A stretch of 64,000 bases of DNA from Dehalococcoidia bacterium (GTDB taxonomy: Bacteria; Chloroflexota; Dehalococcoidia; Lucifugimonadales; UBA1123): NCBI GenBank assembly GCA_965215735.1, contig CBDCEF010000004.1:1746760-1810759 (forward strand), written 5' to 3'. The translations under genes were made by a program, and so were the position numbers. How positions within the stretch are numbered: the stretch's first letter is position 1; every line of letters starts with the position of its first letter. Below are positions 28,625 to 38,029 of the stretch, piece after piece. The notes under the pieces were generated by a model. The model saw only the letters and a program-made list of their open reading frames with translations, did no database searches and was not told where the DNA came from.

Positions 28625-30006
28625 ATCGCCCTTCTGAGCTTGAACGTGAACTCGCTGCCCTCGCCCTCGACGCTCGTGGCGCTGATGTCGCTGCCATGCG
28701 CCTGTACGAGGTGCTTCGATATTGCGAGGCCGAGCCCCGTCCCATGGTCTCTGCGAGACCTTTCGACCTTGTAAAAGCGCTCGAACACATGCGGAAGGTG
28801 CTCTCGTGGGATTCCTACTCCGGTGTCCGTGACCGTCACGACAACCCAGTCGGGTTCAGCCTTGGCGGAGAGGGTGATCCTGCCTCCGGAACCCGTGAAC
28901 CTGAGCGCGTTCTCGACAAGATTAGTCAGCACCTGTTCCAGCCTGCGCCGCTCGCCCATGACGTAAGGCAGCCCCGGCGATTGGTAGCTGACCAGTTCAA
29001 TACCGTTTGAAGCCGCCGCAAAGTGGAACCGCTTGGCTATCTCCTCGATTACCTCTTCCAACTTCATCGGAGCCAGATGCACTGGCATGTGCCCGCTCTC
29101 TAGTCTGGAAAGCTCTAGAAGCTCTTCGACAAGCGTGGTCATTCGAGCCACGTCGCCGCGAATCCGATGGAGGAAATCAATAGCGGTTTTCCTGTCGTCA
29201 ATTGCGCCTGATTCCAGGATCTCAACCAACGCGCTTGCTGATGCAAGTGGGCTGCGCAGCTCGTGAGATACGTTGCTCACAAACTCTCGCCGCGTCGTCT
29301 CGATCTGCATTTGCCTCGTGACGTCTTGGAGGGTGAGTACAACGTCATCCCTGTCACGGCCAGAGACGGGTGTTGCGATTACGTCAAGGAATCGCCGCTG
29401 GTGCAGAAGGTCTATGTCAGCCCTCTGTATTTGGCGTGTATTGGCGGCAGTGGATGCCACGCGCAGTATCTGTGGGTCTCTTACGACCTGCGCCAGGGGA
29501 CGCCCCTTGGCGTTCTGCGCGCTGACACTCAATAGCCACTCGGCGGACCTGTTGATTAACGTGATTCGTGTCTCTGAGTCGATGACGATCACGCCGTCTG
29601 CCATGGTGTCTATGGCAATCGTCATTTGGTGACGTTCGGCCTCTAGGTTGCTTACCCTCGAGTCGACCACGTTCGACATCCGGTTGAACTCTTCGACCAG
29701 TTGGTTACTTCTTTGCGGAGAAATTGCCGCAACCCTCTGGTCTAGCTCGCCATCCGCCATCCGCCTGGCGCCCTCGGCTACGTTTCTCATAACGCCAGCG
29801 TCGCTGCACGCTCTCACGAGAATGTAAATGACCGTAGCGAGTCCGGCACCGCTGCACAGTATCCCCAGAGCGGCTACCGTCCTATCGACAGAGACCTGCC
29901 AGCCCAGACCAAGAAACGTGATCAGCATCACGGTCACGCTCAACGCCAGAAGCGGGACAGCAATGTAGGCAAGGACCGATCGCTTGAGTTGACCTCGCGA
30001 CTTCAT
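28621..30006 (-). CDS. phoR: Sensor histidine kinase, PhoR-like
   Basis: 461 aa with two TM segments, a HAMP/PAS-like region, H-box 'SHELRSPL', and N/G boxes ('NLVENALRF', 'DTGVGI', 'GTGLGLAI'). It lies adjacent to an OmpR-family regulator and the pst operon. Confidence 0.8.
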   Translation of the reverse strand: MKSRGQLKRSVLAYIAVPLLALSVTVMLITFLGLGWQVSVDRTVAALGILCSGAGLATVIYILVRACSDAGVMRNVAEGARRMADGELDQRVAAISPQRSNQLVEEFNRMSNVVDSRVSNLEAERHQMTIAIDTMADGVIVIDSETRITLINRSAEWLLSVSAQNAKGRPLAQVVRDPQILRVASTAANTRQIQRADIDLLHQRRFLDVIATPVSGRDRDDVVLTLQDVTRQMQIETTRREFVSNVSHELRSPLASASALVEILESGAIDDRKTAIDFLHRIRGDVARMTTLVEELLELSRLESGHMPVHLAPMKLEEVIEEIAKRFHFAAASNGIELVSYQSPGLPYVMGERRRLEQVLTNLVENALRFTGSGGRITLSAKAEPDWVVVTVTDTGVGIPREHLPHVFERFYKVERSRRDHGTGLGLAISKHLVQAHGSDISATSVEGEGSEFTFKLRRAI

Positions 30007-30009
30007 CGG

Positions 30010-30705
30010 TCATCCGTCGAATCGGTAGCCAACGCCACGAATCGTCACTATTCGTCGGGGCTGCGAAGGCTCTGGTTCGATCTTCTCTCGAAGCCAGCGT
30101 ATGTGAACATCGACCGTGCGGGAGTCTCCGATGTAATCGTGCCCCCACAGCCGTTCCAGGATTTGGTCCCTTGTAAATGCACGCCCTCTGTTTGCGGCGA
30201 GCAGCGATATTAGCGAAAACTCTCGCGGCTTCACCGCGAGATCCTCATCATCGAGGGTGATTGAGTGACTGGCCAGATCGATCTTGAGGTTACCTGACCT
30301 GATGACCTCATCGTCCCCTGGCGAACTCTCCAGGGCTGGAGTAGAAGACCTCCGCAGCATGTTGCGGACTCTCGCAAGTAGCTCTCTCATGTTGAACGGC
30401 TTGGTCACGTAGTCGTCCGCGCCCAGCTCGAGACCGACGACGCGGTCCACTTCCTCCCCGCGTGCGGTCAGCATCAGTATCGGGATGTTCGACTGCCGGC
30501 GTAGGATACGGCACACCTCGAACCCGTCCAGGCTGGGCAGCATAACGTCGAGTATCACCAGATCTGGGCTCCTCGACTGCGCGATTCTCAGCCCGGACTC
30601 ACCGTCGACAGCAGTCAGGGTGTCGTACCCTTCCTGCTCCAGGGTGTACTTCAACGCCATCAGGAGGTTGGGCTCATCTTCGACTACGAGGACTGTGTTG
30701 GACAT
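30010..30705 (-). CDS. phoB: OmpR/PhoB-family response regulator
   Basis: 231 aa. Receiver domain ('VLVVEDEPN', '[10 protein letters not shown]', 'KPF') plus a winged-helix C-terminus ('[26 protein letters not shown]'-type). Confidence 0.9.
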   Translation of the reverse strand: [231 protein letters not shown]

Positions 30706-30796
30706 TCAAACTGTACCTCACATCTCAGTCGGACACGATCAACTCCATTTCGAGACTACCACAATTCAACTACGATCTTCATAGGCTGGCAACTCT

Positions 30797-30822
30797 GTCA
30801 TTCCCGCGAAAGCGGGAATCCA
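30797..30822. repeat. REP-like hairpin, family B (GTCATTCCCGCGAAAGCGGGAATCCAC)
   Basis: A perfect hairpin ATTCCCGC-GAAA-GCGGGAAT in the intergenic region upstream of phoB. It has the same core as the element at 3658-3683. Confidence 0.55.
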
Positions 30823-30883
30823 CACATTGGAAGTCGAGTAGCATGAGGTGCCACTAAACTGGCAAAAGCCCAGTCGGCGAAAG

Positions 30884-32092
30884 CTACATCACCCTCATCC
30901 CCCGTAGCCGGATCAGGTCGCCCTTGGAATATCCCAGGAGACCACAGATGATCTCACGGTTGTGTGCTCCCAAAGTGGGAGCCGGCTCCAATCGCCAACT
31001 CATCTCGTCTGTTCTGAATGGCCCGGTAGGATGACGGTACGAGCCCCCGTCCAGGTGCTCGATTTCCTCAAAGAAACCCCTGGTGTCCAGGTGCTCCCAC
31101 CCGAGAATGTCTTCAGGTGTGGCAACGTACGAAAACGCCAACCCGCGCTTCTGGGCCCGTTCGAAGATCTCGTGTTTGTCGTGTTCCATGAGCCACGGCA
31201 GCATCAGCGAGTCCAGTTCGTCTGCGTTTGCTCCGCGTCCTGCTCGATCTCCGAACTTCGGGTCGCTGAGTTCCCGTATGCCCATTAGCTCAGACATCTC
31301 TGGCCACTTGTGGTCGGGTCCCGCGATCACGCCGACGTACCCGTTTCGGCACGGATAAGGCCCCCAGGCTGCGCGTCCGTAGCCCCGGTTTCCAGTGCGC
31401 TGGAAGTTCGCCCCCGCGTACGAATACATGCTCAGCGCATTCTCTAGGATTGTCGCCAGGTACTCAGAAATGGCGACGTCCACGTGCTGACCTATGCCCG
31501 TCGAATCTCGGTGCCAAAGAGCCGATAGCGTCCCCGCAAAGGCGTTCTGCCCAGCGCCGTATTGCGCCAGACGAGCCGCCATTTGCAGCGGCTCGCGCTC
31601 AGGGTCGCCGGTAATGTACATCAGCCCGCCCGCAGCATACAGGTTGATCTCCATAGCCAGGCGGTCCCTGTACGGCCCGGTCTGCCCGAAGTTGGATATC
31701 GACGCCATCACCAGCGAAGGCCTGTTTGCGCTGAGACTGACGTAATCTAGTCCGAGCGAGGGCATGACCTGCGGGTGGAAGTTCTCCACGACAACCTCTG
31801 CCCACTCCACGAGCTCTCGAAGGATCCTTTTTCCTGTCTCCGTCCTGATGTCGAGCGTAACACTCTTCTTGGATGAATTGAGATACAGGTGCAGCGCCCC
31901 GCCGTTCTGGTTCGGGATCCCACCAGGGAACGGGCTGACACGCCTTGCCGGATCGCCCCCGTCCGGCCTCTCTATTTTGATGACCTCGGCCCCCTGCGTG
32001 GCCATCAGCCGGGTTGCGTACGGACCCGCAACCCAGTGGCTCAGATCTAACACTCTGAGCCCGTCTAAGAATCCGGACATTTCTGCGGACAT
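30884..32092 (-). CDS. Family III CoA-transferase (CaiB/BaiF/Frc family), second paralog
   Basis: 402 aa with 'LDGLRVLDLSHWVAGPYATRLMATQGAEVIKIE'. An alternative start exists at 32080. Confidence 0.85.
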   Translation of the reverse strand: MSAEMSGFLDGLRVLDLSHWVAGPYATRLMATQGAEVIKIERPDGGDPARRVSPFPGGIPNQNGGALHLYLNSSKKSVTLDIRTETGKRILRELVEWAEVVVENFHPQVMPSLGLDYVSLSANRPSLVMASISNFGQTGPYRDRLAMEINLYAAGGLMYITGDPEREPLQMAARLAQYGAGQNAFAGTLSALWHRDSTGIGQHVDVAISEYLATILENALSMYSYAGANFQRTGNRGYGRAAWGPYPCRNGYVGVIAGPDHKWPEMSELMGIRELSDPKFGDRAGRGANADELDSLMLPWLMEHDKHEIFERAQKRGLAFSYVATPEDILGWEHLDTRGFFEEIEHLDGGSYRHPTGPFRTDEMSWRLEPAPTLGAHNREIICGLLGYSKGDLIRLRGMRVM

Positions 32093-32098
32093 CCTTGA

Positions 32099-32470
32099 CT
32101 AACCCGTAGACGAAATAACTGCCCTCTTGTGGATCGCTTTCCCGATCGGCTTGCCGCCCTCGTGCGCCTCGATCTCGTACGTAAGTCTGTTGCGGTCAAC
32201 CTCAGTGAGCACCGACCGGACCGTGACTATCCCTCCGACACTGGTGGGGGCAATGTGCCTGAGTCCATCGACCGCGTATCCGACTGTCGTATAGCCGTCG
32301 GCAAGATGCTGATCGGTTGCCTTGATGCTGGCGTTCTCCATCAGTCCGAGCAGATGCGGGGTTGAGAGCACGTCGGCTCCCTCTCTCCCCATCCGGTTGG
32401 TCGTCAGCTCCTTGGTGACTTCTACCTCTAGGATTGCCTCCTGCCCAGGTGAGATGTTCTCCATTGCCAT
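32099..32470 (-). CDS. Hotdog-fold thioesterase (FlK-like)
   Basis: 123 aa. 'VLSTPHLLGLMENASIKA' followed by 'HIAPTSVGGIVTVRSVLTEVDRNRLTYEIEAHEGGKPIGKAIHKRAVI' follows the FlK/hotdog thioesterase pattern. It lies 6 nt upstream of the CoA-transferase. Confidence 0.65.
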   Translation of the reverse strand: MAMENISPGQEAILEVEVTKELTTNRMGREGADVLSTPHLLGLMENASIKATDQHLADGYTTVGYAVDGLRHIAPTSVGGIVTVRSVLTEVDRNRLTYEIEAHEGGKPIGKAIHKRAVISSTG

Positions 32471-32602
32471 GCCGATACTCCCCTCGGTAGTAATGCGTAG
32501 AGTGAAAATTAGCGCCCCAATTGTAGCAGAGCATCAGCGCCGCTCCAGCGCTCCTGCTATCCTGAGGTAGCTGTGCCAGATAGCCAGGTGCCACCCAACA
32601 GA

Positions 32603-32640
32603 CCCCCTCTCCCTCAGGGCGAGGGCTGGGGTGAGGGTGA
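32603..32640. repeat. REP-like palindromic element, family A
   Basis: The sequence is ccccctctccctcagggcgagggctggggtgagggtga, located in the divergent intergenic region 32471-32720. Confidence 0.65.
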
Positions 32641-32720
32641 GAGTGACTTCTCCACCAACTTGATTCCGGAACGAACGCCTCGACAGCATGTGAACACTTG
32701 TCAAACTGAGGAGGACCCCA

Positions 32721-33803
32721 ATGAAAATAACGTCTGTTGAGTGCCGGATACTCGACGGAGACTTCCCCTTCGTATGGGTGCACACCGACGAGGGACTCAT
32801 AGGAATCGGCGAGTGCTTCCGCCGTCAGCCCTCCGTGACCAAGACCCTCATTGACGATCTCCTGGCGCCTGCCATAGTGGGAAAGGACCCGATCGAGACC
32901 TCACGGCGGTTCGACGACATGATGCGCGCAGGCTCCGCCGTGGAGATGGGTGGTGCTATCTTCTGCGCTATTGCAGGTCTTGATATTGCGCTCTGGGACC
33001 TCAAAGGGAAGGCGTTCGGCGTTCCCATCTCAAACTTGCTCGGAGGTGCGCGCCGCGACAGCATTCCCGTCTATGCCAGCTCAATGCGACGTGACCTGAC
33101 ACCTGTCGAGGAGGGCAGGCGTGCAGCCTCCCTGGTAGAGCAGGGATACTCTGGCTATAAGTTGCACAGTGCAGTGCCCGGCGCGATCGACCACCCCGCC
33201 GATCAGACCGTGGACACGGTGACCGAAGTCAGGGCCGCTGTCGGAGACGACATCGACATCCTCGTCGACGTCAACGGCGCGTTCTCAGTCCACCACTCAA
33301 TCGAGATCGGTAGGGCGCTTGAGCAGTTGGGCGTGTTCCACTTCGAGGAACCGCGTCCGGCCCAGGACCTTGAGGGGCTGTCCCAGATCGCCGACGCCCT
33401 GACTATTCCCATCGCTTCTGGCGAAATGATCTACACACACCACGAGTACCGGGATCTGATCCTCAAGGGTAGGGTGGACATCATTCAGCCTGACATAGTC
33501 AAGGTGCCTGGATTCACCGAGTTCCTGCGCATTGATGCGCTTGCGTCGGCGTTCAACGTTCCCATCACTGTCCACAATACCCAGCCTGTCTTGAGTACCG
33601 TCGCACACCTGCACTTCTGCGCGGCAAGCGCGATGGTCCCGTACTCACAGGAGTACAACATCGAGCCGATCTCAATACGAGATGAGTGGCCCATCTTGAA
33701 AGAACCCCTTGAAGTCGTCGACGGCCACATAGCCGTCCCTACCGGCCCCGGCCTGGGCGTGGAACTTGACGAAGACATGGTGCGCCGCCTGTCCGAGGGC
33801 TAG
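32721..33803 (+). CDS. Enolase-superfamily enzyme (mandelate racemase/muconate lactonizing family), second paralog
   Basis: 360 aa. 'MKITSVECRILDG...VWVHTDEGLIGIGE', 'DVNGAF', 'FEEP' and 'ASGE' metal-ligand regions. GAGGAGG precedes the ATG. Confidence 0.9.
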   Translation: MKITSVECRILDGDFPFVWVHTDEGLIGIGECFRRQPSVTKTLIDDLLAPAIVGKDPIETSRRFDDMMRAGSAVEMGGAIFCAIAGLDIALWDLKGKAFGVPISNLLGGARRDSIPVYASSMRRDLTPVEEGRRAASLVEQGYSGYKLHSAVPGAIDHPADQTVDTVTEVRAAVGDDIDILVDVNGAFSVHHSIEIGRALEQLGVFHFEEPRPAQDLEGLSQIADALTIPIASGEMIYTHHEYRDLILKGRVDIIQPDIVKVPGFTEFLRIDALASAFNVPITVHNTQPVLSTVAHLHFCAASAMVPYSQEYNIEPISIRDEWPILKEPLEVVDGHIAVPTGPGLGVELDEDMVRRLSEG

Positions 33804-33808
33804 CCCAC

Positions 33809-34042
33809 ATGCCGAAAAGATACAGACCACGCGAAGTCATCAGAGTCTTGGAGAGCCTCGGCTGGCAGCAGGTCAGACGTCAGCGCGGCTCTCATGTTAA
33901 CCTTAGAATGTCGGGAAATCCGAACGTTGTAACCGTCCCAACATCGGATAGGGAAGTAAATATAGGAACATTCAGCAACATCAAACGACGAGCAGGAATC
34001 TCTAACGCGGAGTTCGACCGCATTGCAGACGAGGTACTGTAG
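33809..34042 (+). CDS. hicA: HicA-family mRNA interferase toxin
   Basis: 77 aa. 'REVIRVLESLGWQQVRRQRGSHVNL' is the YcfA/HicA dsRBD-like core with the G-S-H motif. The gene starts 5 nt after the enolase-family stop. Confidence 0.8.
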   Translation: MPKRYRPREVIRVLESLGWQQVRRQRGSHVNLRMSGNPNVVTVPTSDREVNIGTFSNIKRRAGISNAEFDRIADEVL

Positions 34043-34620
34043 TGACCAAGCACAAGTTTACGATTTTTCTGTTCCCCGATGGAGATGGGTACCAGGTCAT
34101 CATCCCGCACTACCCAGAAGCTACCACTTGGGGGAAGACTCCCGAGCATGCCTTTGAGATGGCCAAAGAGTGCCTTGAATTGATCTTGGAGGACTATGCG
34201 GAAACGCACCAGGAACAGATTCTGCCGGGAGAGCACGCTTCTCACGTAGTAGTAGGGGCTATAGAAGCCGAAGTCCCCGACATCCTGTTGCAGGACGTCC
34301 GAGCCGCCGAAGCCGAAGTAAAGATCAACCCGAAAGCTAGGCGCGACGATAAGCTAGGCACACGGTTCTGCATGTGTGGATGCGGTACCGAGAACAAGCC
34401 GAGGTATATGTTCCAACGCGGCCATGATGCGAATCTTAGAGAATTACTCCGTAAAGTCGAAAGAGGCGAACTGGACGGCTCCGCGATTCCTTCCCAGACG
34501 GTCGAGGCCTGCTTTAAGGACACAGATCTCTGGTGCGCAGAGTTCATCGCCGAGGACATCGTCAGTCTCTCAAAAGTACGTCTGGACAACAAAGAGAAGA
34601 CATCAGCCGGAACAGTGTAG
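34042..34620 (+). CDS. hicB: HicB-like antitoxin N-domain fused to an unusual Cys-cluster C-terminal domain
   Basis: 192 aa. The GTG start overlaps the hicA stop (TAGTG). The N-terminus 'KFTIFLFPDGDGYQVIIPHYPEATTWGKTPEHAFEMAKECLELILE' is HicB-like. The C-terminus carries 'FCMCGCGTENKPRYMFQRGHDANL' instead of an obvious RHH/HTH domain. Confidence 0.65.
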   Translation: MTKHKFTIFLFPDGDGYQVIIPHYPEATTWGKTPEHAFEMAKECLELILEDYAETHQEQILPGEHASHVVVGAIEAEVPDILLQDVRAAEAEVKINPKARRDDKLGTRFCMCGCGTENKPRYMFQRGHDANLRELLRKVERGELDGSAIPSQTVEACFKDTDLWCAEFIAEDIVSLSKVRLDNKEKTSAGTV

Positions 34621-34829
34621 GTGACCCTCTAGCTCGGAAAAGTTCGGTGAGAATCGCCAGCGGCTTGAAGTCAATATTCGAGATGCCCGACCACCTTCAC
34701 CTCCGCTGGAAACACCCCACAGCCAACGTGGTCTCATACAGCCCCTCTATCGCCGACGGAGTCAAATACGTCGGGTCGGCTGACGGCCTCTAGTACGACG
34801 TGCGAACCTCAGTTTAGAAGTATCCCCTC

Positions 34830-36764
34830 CTACAAACCTTCGATCTCCACAGGCTCGAAATCGTCCGCGATGTCGAACCCCAGAATTCGAGAGTAGAAGT
34901 ATAGCTCTGCTTCTAGCGCCCGCTTGATGTTCTCAGACTTTCGGAATCCGTGCTGCTCGCCCTCGAATGGAATATAGGCGACCGGCAGTCCCTTATCCCG
35001 CAGAGCGTCCACCATCCTCTCGGCCTGATTGGGAAGCACTACGCGGTCTTCCAGCCCCTGCAGCAGAATGATCGGACACGAAAGCTGGTCCGTGTGATGT
35101 ATCGGAGACCGTTCCAGGTACAGATCGCGCCGCTCGGGGTATGGGCCAATCATCGAATCGAGATAGCGCGACTCGAACTTGTGGGTCTCTGTGGCCAACC
35201 CTTCGAGGTCGCTCACACCATAGTAGCTCGCTCCGACCTTGAACACGTCCCTGAACGTCAGCGACGCCAGGGTCGTGTAGCCGCCTGCGCTGCCGCCCCG
35301 CACCATCAGCCTGTCGACGTCTACCTCGTCCTCTCTGACGAGGTGTAGTGCCGCGTTAATGCAGTCGTCTATATCTACGATTCCCCACTGCCCGTTCAAC
35401 CTGCGGCGGTACTCGGTGCCATAGCCCGTACTACCACCGTAGTTAACGTCCACGACCGCGATGCCCCGACTCGTCCAGAACTGGTACGAGAGGTTGAAAG
35501 ACGTTGCAGCCGACCCCGTCGGCCCACCGTGGCTGACCACCAGCAGGGGAGGTCTCTCACTCGCTGGACCCACGAAGTCGACATTCTTCGCGGCGTAATA
35601 GTAAGCGTGAGCGGTCTTCCCACCGGTAGTCTCGAATTCGATAGCTCGCGGCTCCGAGATATAGCCACTTGCTACCGGAATGGGCCGAGATTCTCTCAAC
35701 GGCTTCAACTCGCCGGTATCAGGGTTCAGCGCGACTAGTGAGTCGGGGAGGGCGGTTGATCCTGCCTCTAGTACGGCTTGGCCGGGCGCTGCCTTGATGT
35801 CTCCCCGCGACATCTCTGTGTACGGTGTCTCGATTGGTGTAAACTGCGTCCTCTGAGTGTCTAACGTGGCCAGCTTCCAGAACCCGTTCTCAACGTATTT
35901 GCACACGATGCGGTCGGCCGACTCGAACGCAAAAGTGTGTGTTCCAAGTGCCCAGGCGGGAGCCCCAAACTCAGCTTGCATAGGTGCCAAGGCCTCGATG
36001 TGCCCGCCACGCCAGCGGTACAGGTTCCACCATCCGGTCCTGTCCGAGACGAAGTGGAGAGTCCCGTCTGGCGACCACTCCGGCTGGAACACCGATTCGC
36101 CCTCTTCTCCAGCTACCTTTGTGGCCTCCGCCAGGGTTCCGTCGTCCTGGATTTCAGCAACCCAGAGTTCCGAGGTGTCCCAGGGCATGTTCGGGTGGTC
36201 CCAGGACATCCATGCAATCCGCGAACCGTCCGGACTGACTGACGGATACCCGTAGAAGTCGCTGCCGTCAACGAGGACCTCGCCCTCGCCTCCTCCGTCT
36301 ATGTCTAGGGCGACGACAGTATTGACCGCCTCTCTCTCGGAGTCACGATGGTCTTCCCTCACGCAGATCAGCCAATTCCGGCTACTATCGATCTTCCCAT
36401 CACCGTACCGCAGGTCCACGCCCTCAGGAGTGATCGGCTCGGGCTGACCGCCTGGATTCTGCCGATAGACACGCTGGTCTGCAAAGTTGGAGAAAAAGGC
36501 CACACCGTCCAGTACCCAGAAGCAAAGTCCGCCATACTCGTGCACTCGCGTGCGAACGTTGTAGGGTTCCGGCGTCACGTCTTGGATTTCTCCGCCCTGA
36601 GTGCGACGCACAATCACGTTTCGCGCACCCTCCTGCGGACGCATCTCAACCCAGTAAACGTCGTTGCCGTCTATCTGAATAGACCCTAGCGATACCGAGT
36701 CCTGGACTATCAAGTCCGTGGTTATCGGAGACTCCCAGGATCCATAAGGTGCAGTTATAGGCAT
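34830..36764 (-). CDS. S9-family serine peptidase (prolyl oligopeptidase/acylaminoacyl-peptidase-like) with N-terminal beta-propeller
   Basis: I trimmed the start to the ATG at 36764 (MPITAPYGSWESPIT...). The catalytic 'GGSAGGYT' and C-terminal 'EGEQHGF' motifs are present. The ORF-track start at 36953 would add a low-quality 63-aa extension. Confidence 0.85.
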   Translation of the reverse strand: MPITAPYGSWESPITTDLIVQDSVSLGSIQIDGNDVYWVEMRPQEGARNVIVRRTQGGEIQDVTPEPYNVRTRVHEYGGLCFWVLDGVAFFSNFADQRVYRQNPGGQPEPITPEGVDLRYGDGKIDSSRNWLICVREDHRDSEREAVNTVVALDIDGGGEGEVLVDGSDFYGYPSVSPDGSRIAWMSWDHPNMPWDTSELWVAEIQDDGTLAEATKVAGEEGESVFQPEWSPDGTLHFVSDRTGWWNLYRWRGGHIEALAPMQAEFGAPAWALGTHTFAFESADRIVCKYVENGFWKLATLDTQRTQFTPIETPYTEMSRGDIKAAPGQAVLEAGSTALPDSLVALNPDTGELKPLRESRPIPVASGYISEPRAIEFETTGGKTAHAYYYAAKNVDFVGPASERPPLLVVSHGGPTGSAATSFNLSYQFWTSRGIAVVDVNYGGSTGYGTEYRRRLNGQWGIVDIDDCINAALHLVREDEVDVDRLMVRGGSAGGYTTLASLTFRDVFKVGASYYGVSDLEGLATETHKFESRYLDSMIGPYPERRDLYLERSPIHHTDQLSCPIILLQGLEDRVVLPNQAERMVDALRDKGLPVAYIPFEGEQHGFRKSENIKRALEAELYFYSRILGFDIADDFEPVEIEGL

Positions 36765-36804
36765 ATTCAAGCTCCAGCTATCTTTTTGGAAAGTCGAAGA
36801 ATCC

Positions 36805-37008
36805 TCAATTGCGCGGCGTGTTGATGTCCCAGTTGACTGGGTTGTTCTGGTACCCGTCTGTATAGTTGCCCGATGCGGACTGTCCACCAGTTGCGGCTCC
36901 TGGATCGAAGTAGCCCCAGCCCCGGTACTCTCGACCCGAATGAGTCGGCGCACCGTTCAACAGCCAGTCCTGCCCATCCATCCCTACGAAAGTCTCTGAT
37001 CGAACCAA
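36805..37008 (-). CDS. Hypothetical 67-aa G/N/W/Y-rich small protein upstream of the S9 peptidase
   Basis: TTG start at 37008 with GAGGA 6 nt upstream. It ends 40 nt before the peptidase ATG. Codon choices look like those of neighbouring genes. No family recognised. Confidence 0.3.
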   Translation of the reverse strand: MVRSETFVGMDGQDWLLNGAPTHSGREYRGWGYFDPGAATGGQSASGNYTDGYQNNPVNWDINTPRN

Positions 37009-37101
37009 CGGATATCCTCACTCACTCTGTCGCCGATCCCCATTCTACCAACGCCCGCACTGTATAATCGTACCTGATATACCAAGGCAAAGGACGTAGC
37101 A

Positions 37102-37874
37102 ATGTCCGACTCGCTTGTAACCTGCAACATCAGCGACGGTATCGCGCTTTTGACCCTCAACGATCCCGCACGTCGCAACGTTTTGTCATCAGCGATGATG
37201 GAGGAACTTCGCCACTGCCTGGCCGCCGCTGACAAAGCCGCCGACGTTAGGGTCGTGGTGATCGCCGCGCGCGGCCCGGTGTTCAGTTCGGGACACGACC
37301 TCAGGGAGTTGGCGGAACTAGACCGCGAGGACAGACGCTTGCATTTGCCCTCTGCACCGACCTCATGGAGTCTATCCGACTGATCCCCAAGCCGGTCATT
37401 GCGAGTGTGCAAGGCCTCGCAACCGCCGCCGGGTGCCAGCTCGTTGCGACGTGCGATCTTGCGATAGCCTCCGAGGAAGCGGCGTTTGCCACTCCCGGTG
37501 TAGACATCGGACTATTCTGCACGACCCCGGCAGTCGCCCTCGGAAGGGCGGTCCACCCTAAGGTCGCAATGGAGATGCTGCTGACCGGAGATCTGGTATC
37601 TGCTCAGGACGCGCTTAAGTACGGGCTCGTAAACCGAGTGGTGCCTGGCGACAAACTCAAGGAAGCTACGCAGTCCCTCGCCCTCAAGGTCGCGTCCGCT
37701 CCTACCAGCACAATCTCGATAGGTAAGTCCGCCTTCTACCGCCAGATGGCCCTCGACCGGCCGCAGGCCTACCAGGTCGCCCAGAAAGTCATGGTCGACA
37801 ACCTCCAACATCCCGACGCCACCGAAGGCATCAACGCCTTCCTGGAAAAGAGGCGACCCGAGTGGACCACATGA
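37102..37874 (+). pseudogene. Enoyl-CoA hydratase (crotonase) interrupted by a single frameshift near 37325-37340
   Basis: Frame 1 gives 'ALLTLNDPARRNVLS...RGPVFSSGHDLRELAELDREDR' and then runs into a stop at 37381. The crotonase continues in frame 3 as '(LAFALCTDL)MESIRLIPKPVIASVQGLATAAGCQLV...'. Confidence 0.75.
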
Positions 37875-38029
37875 CTCCCGACCTAAACGGCTGTTGACGA
37901 TGACTACCCGGTTGACACGACCACAACGCTATGATAACTTGGCACTGTAATTATTGGCTCGTGACATAAGGGTTTTTTATGGATCCATAAACTGTGGCTT
38001 GAGCCAAAGAAATCTATAGGAGGTGTCGG

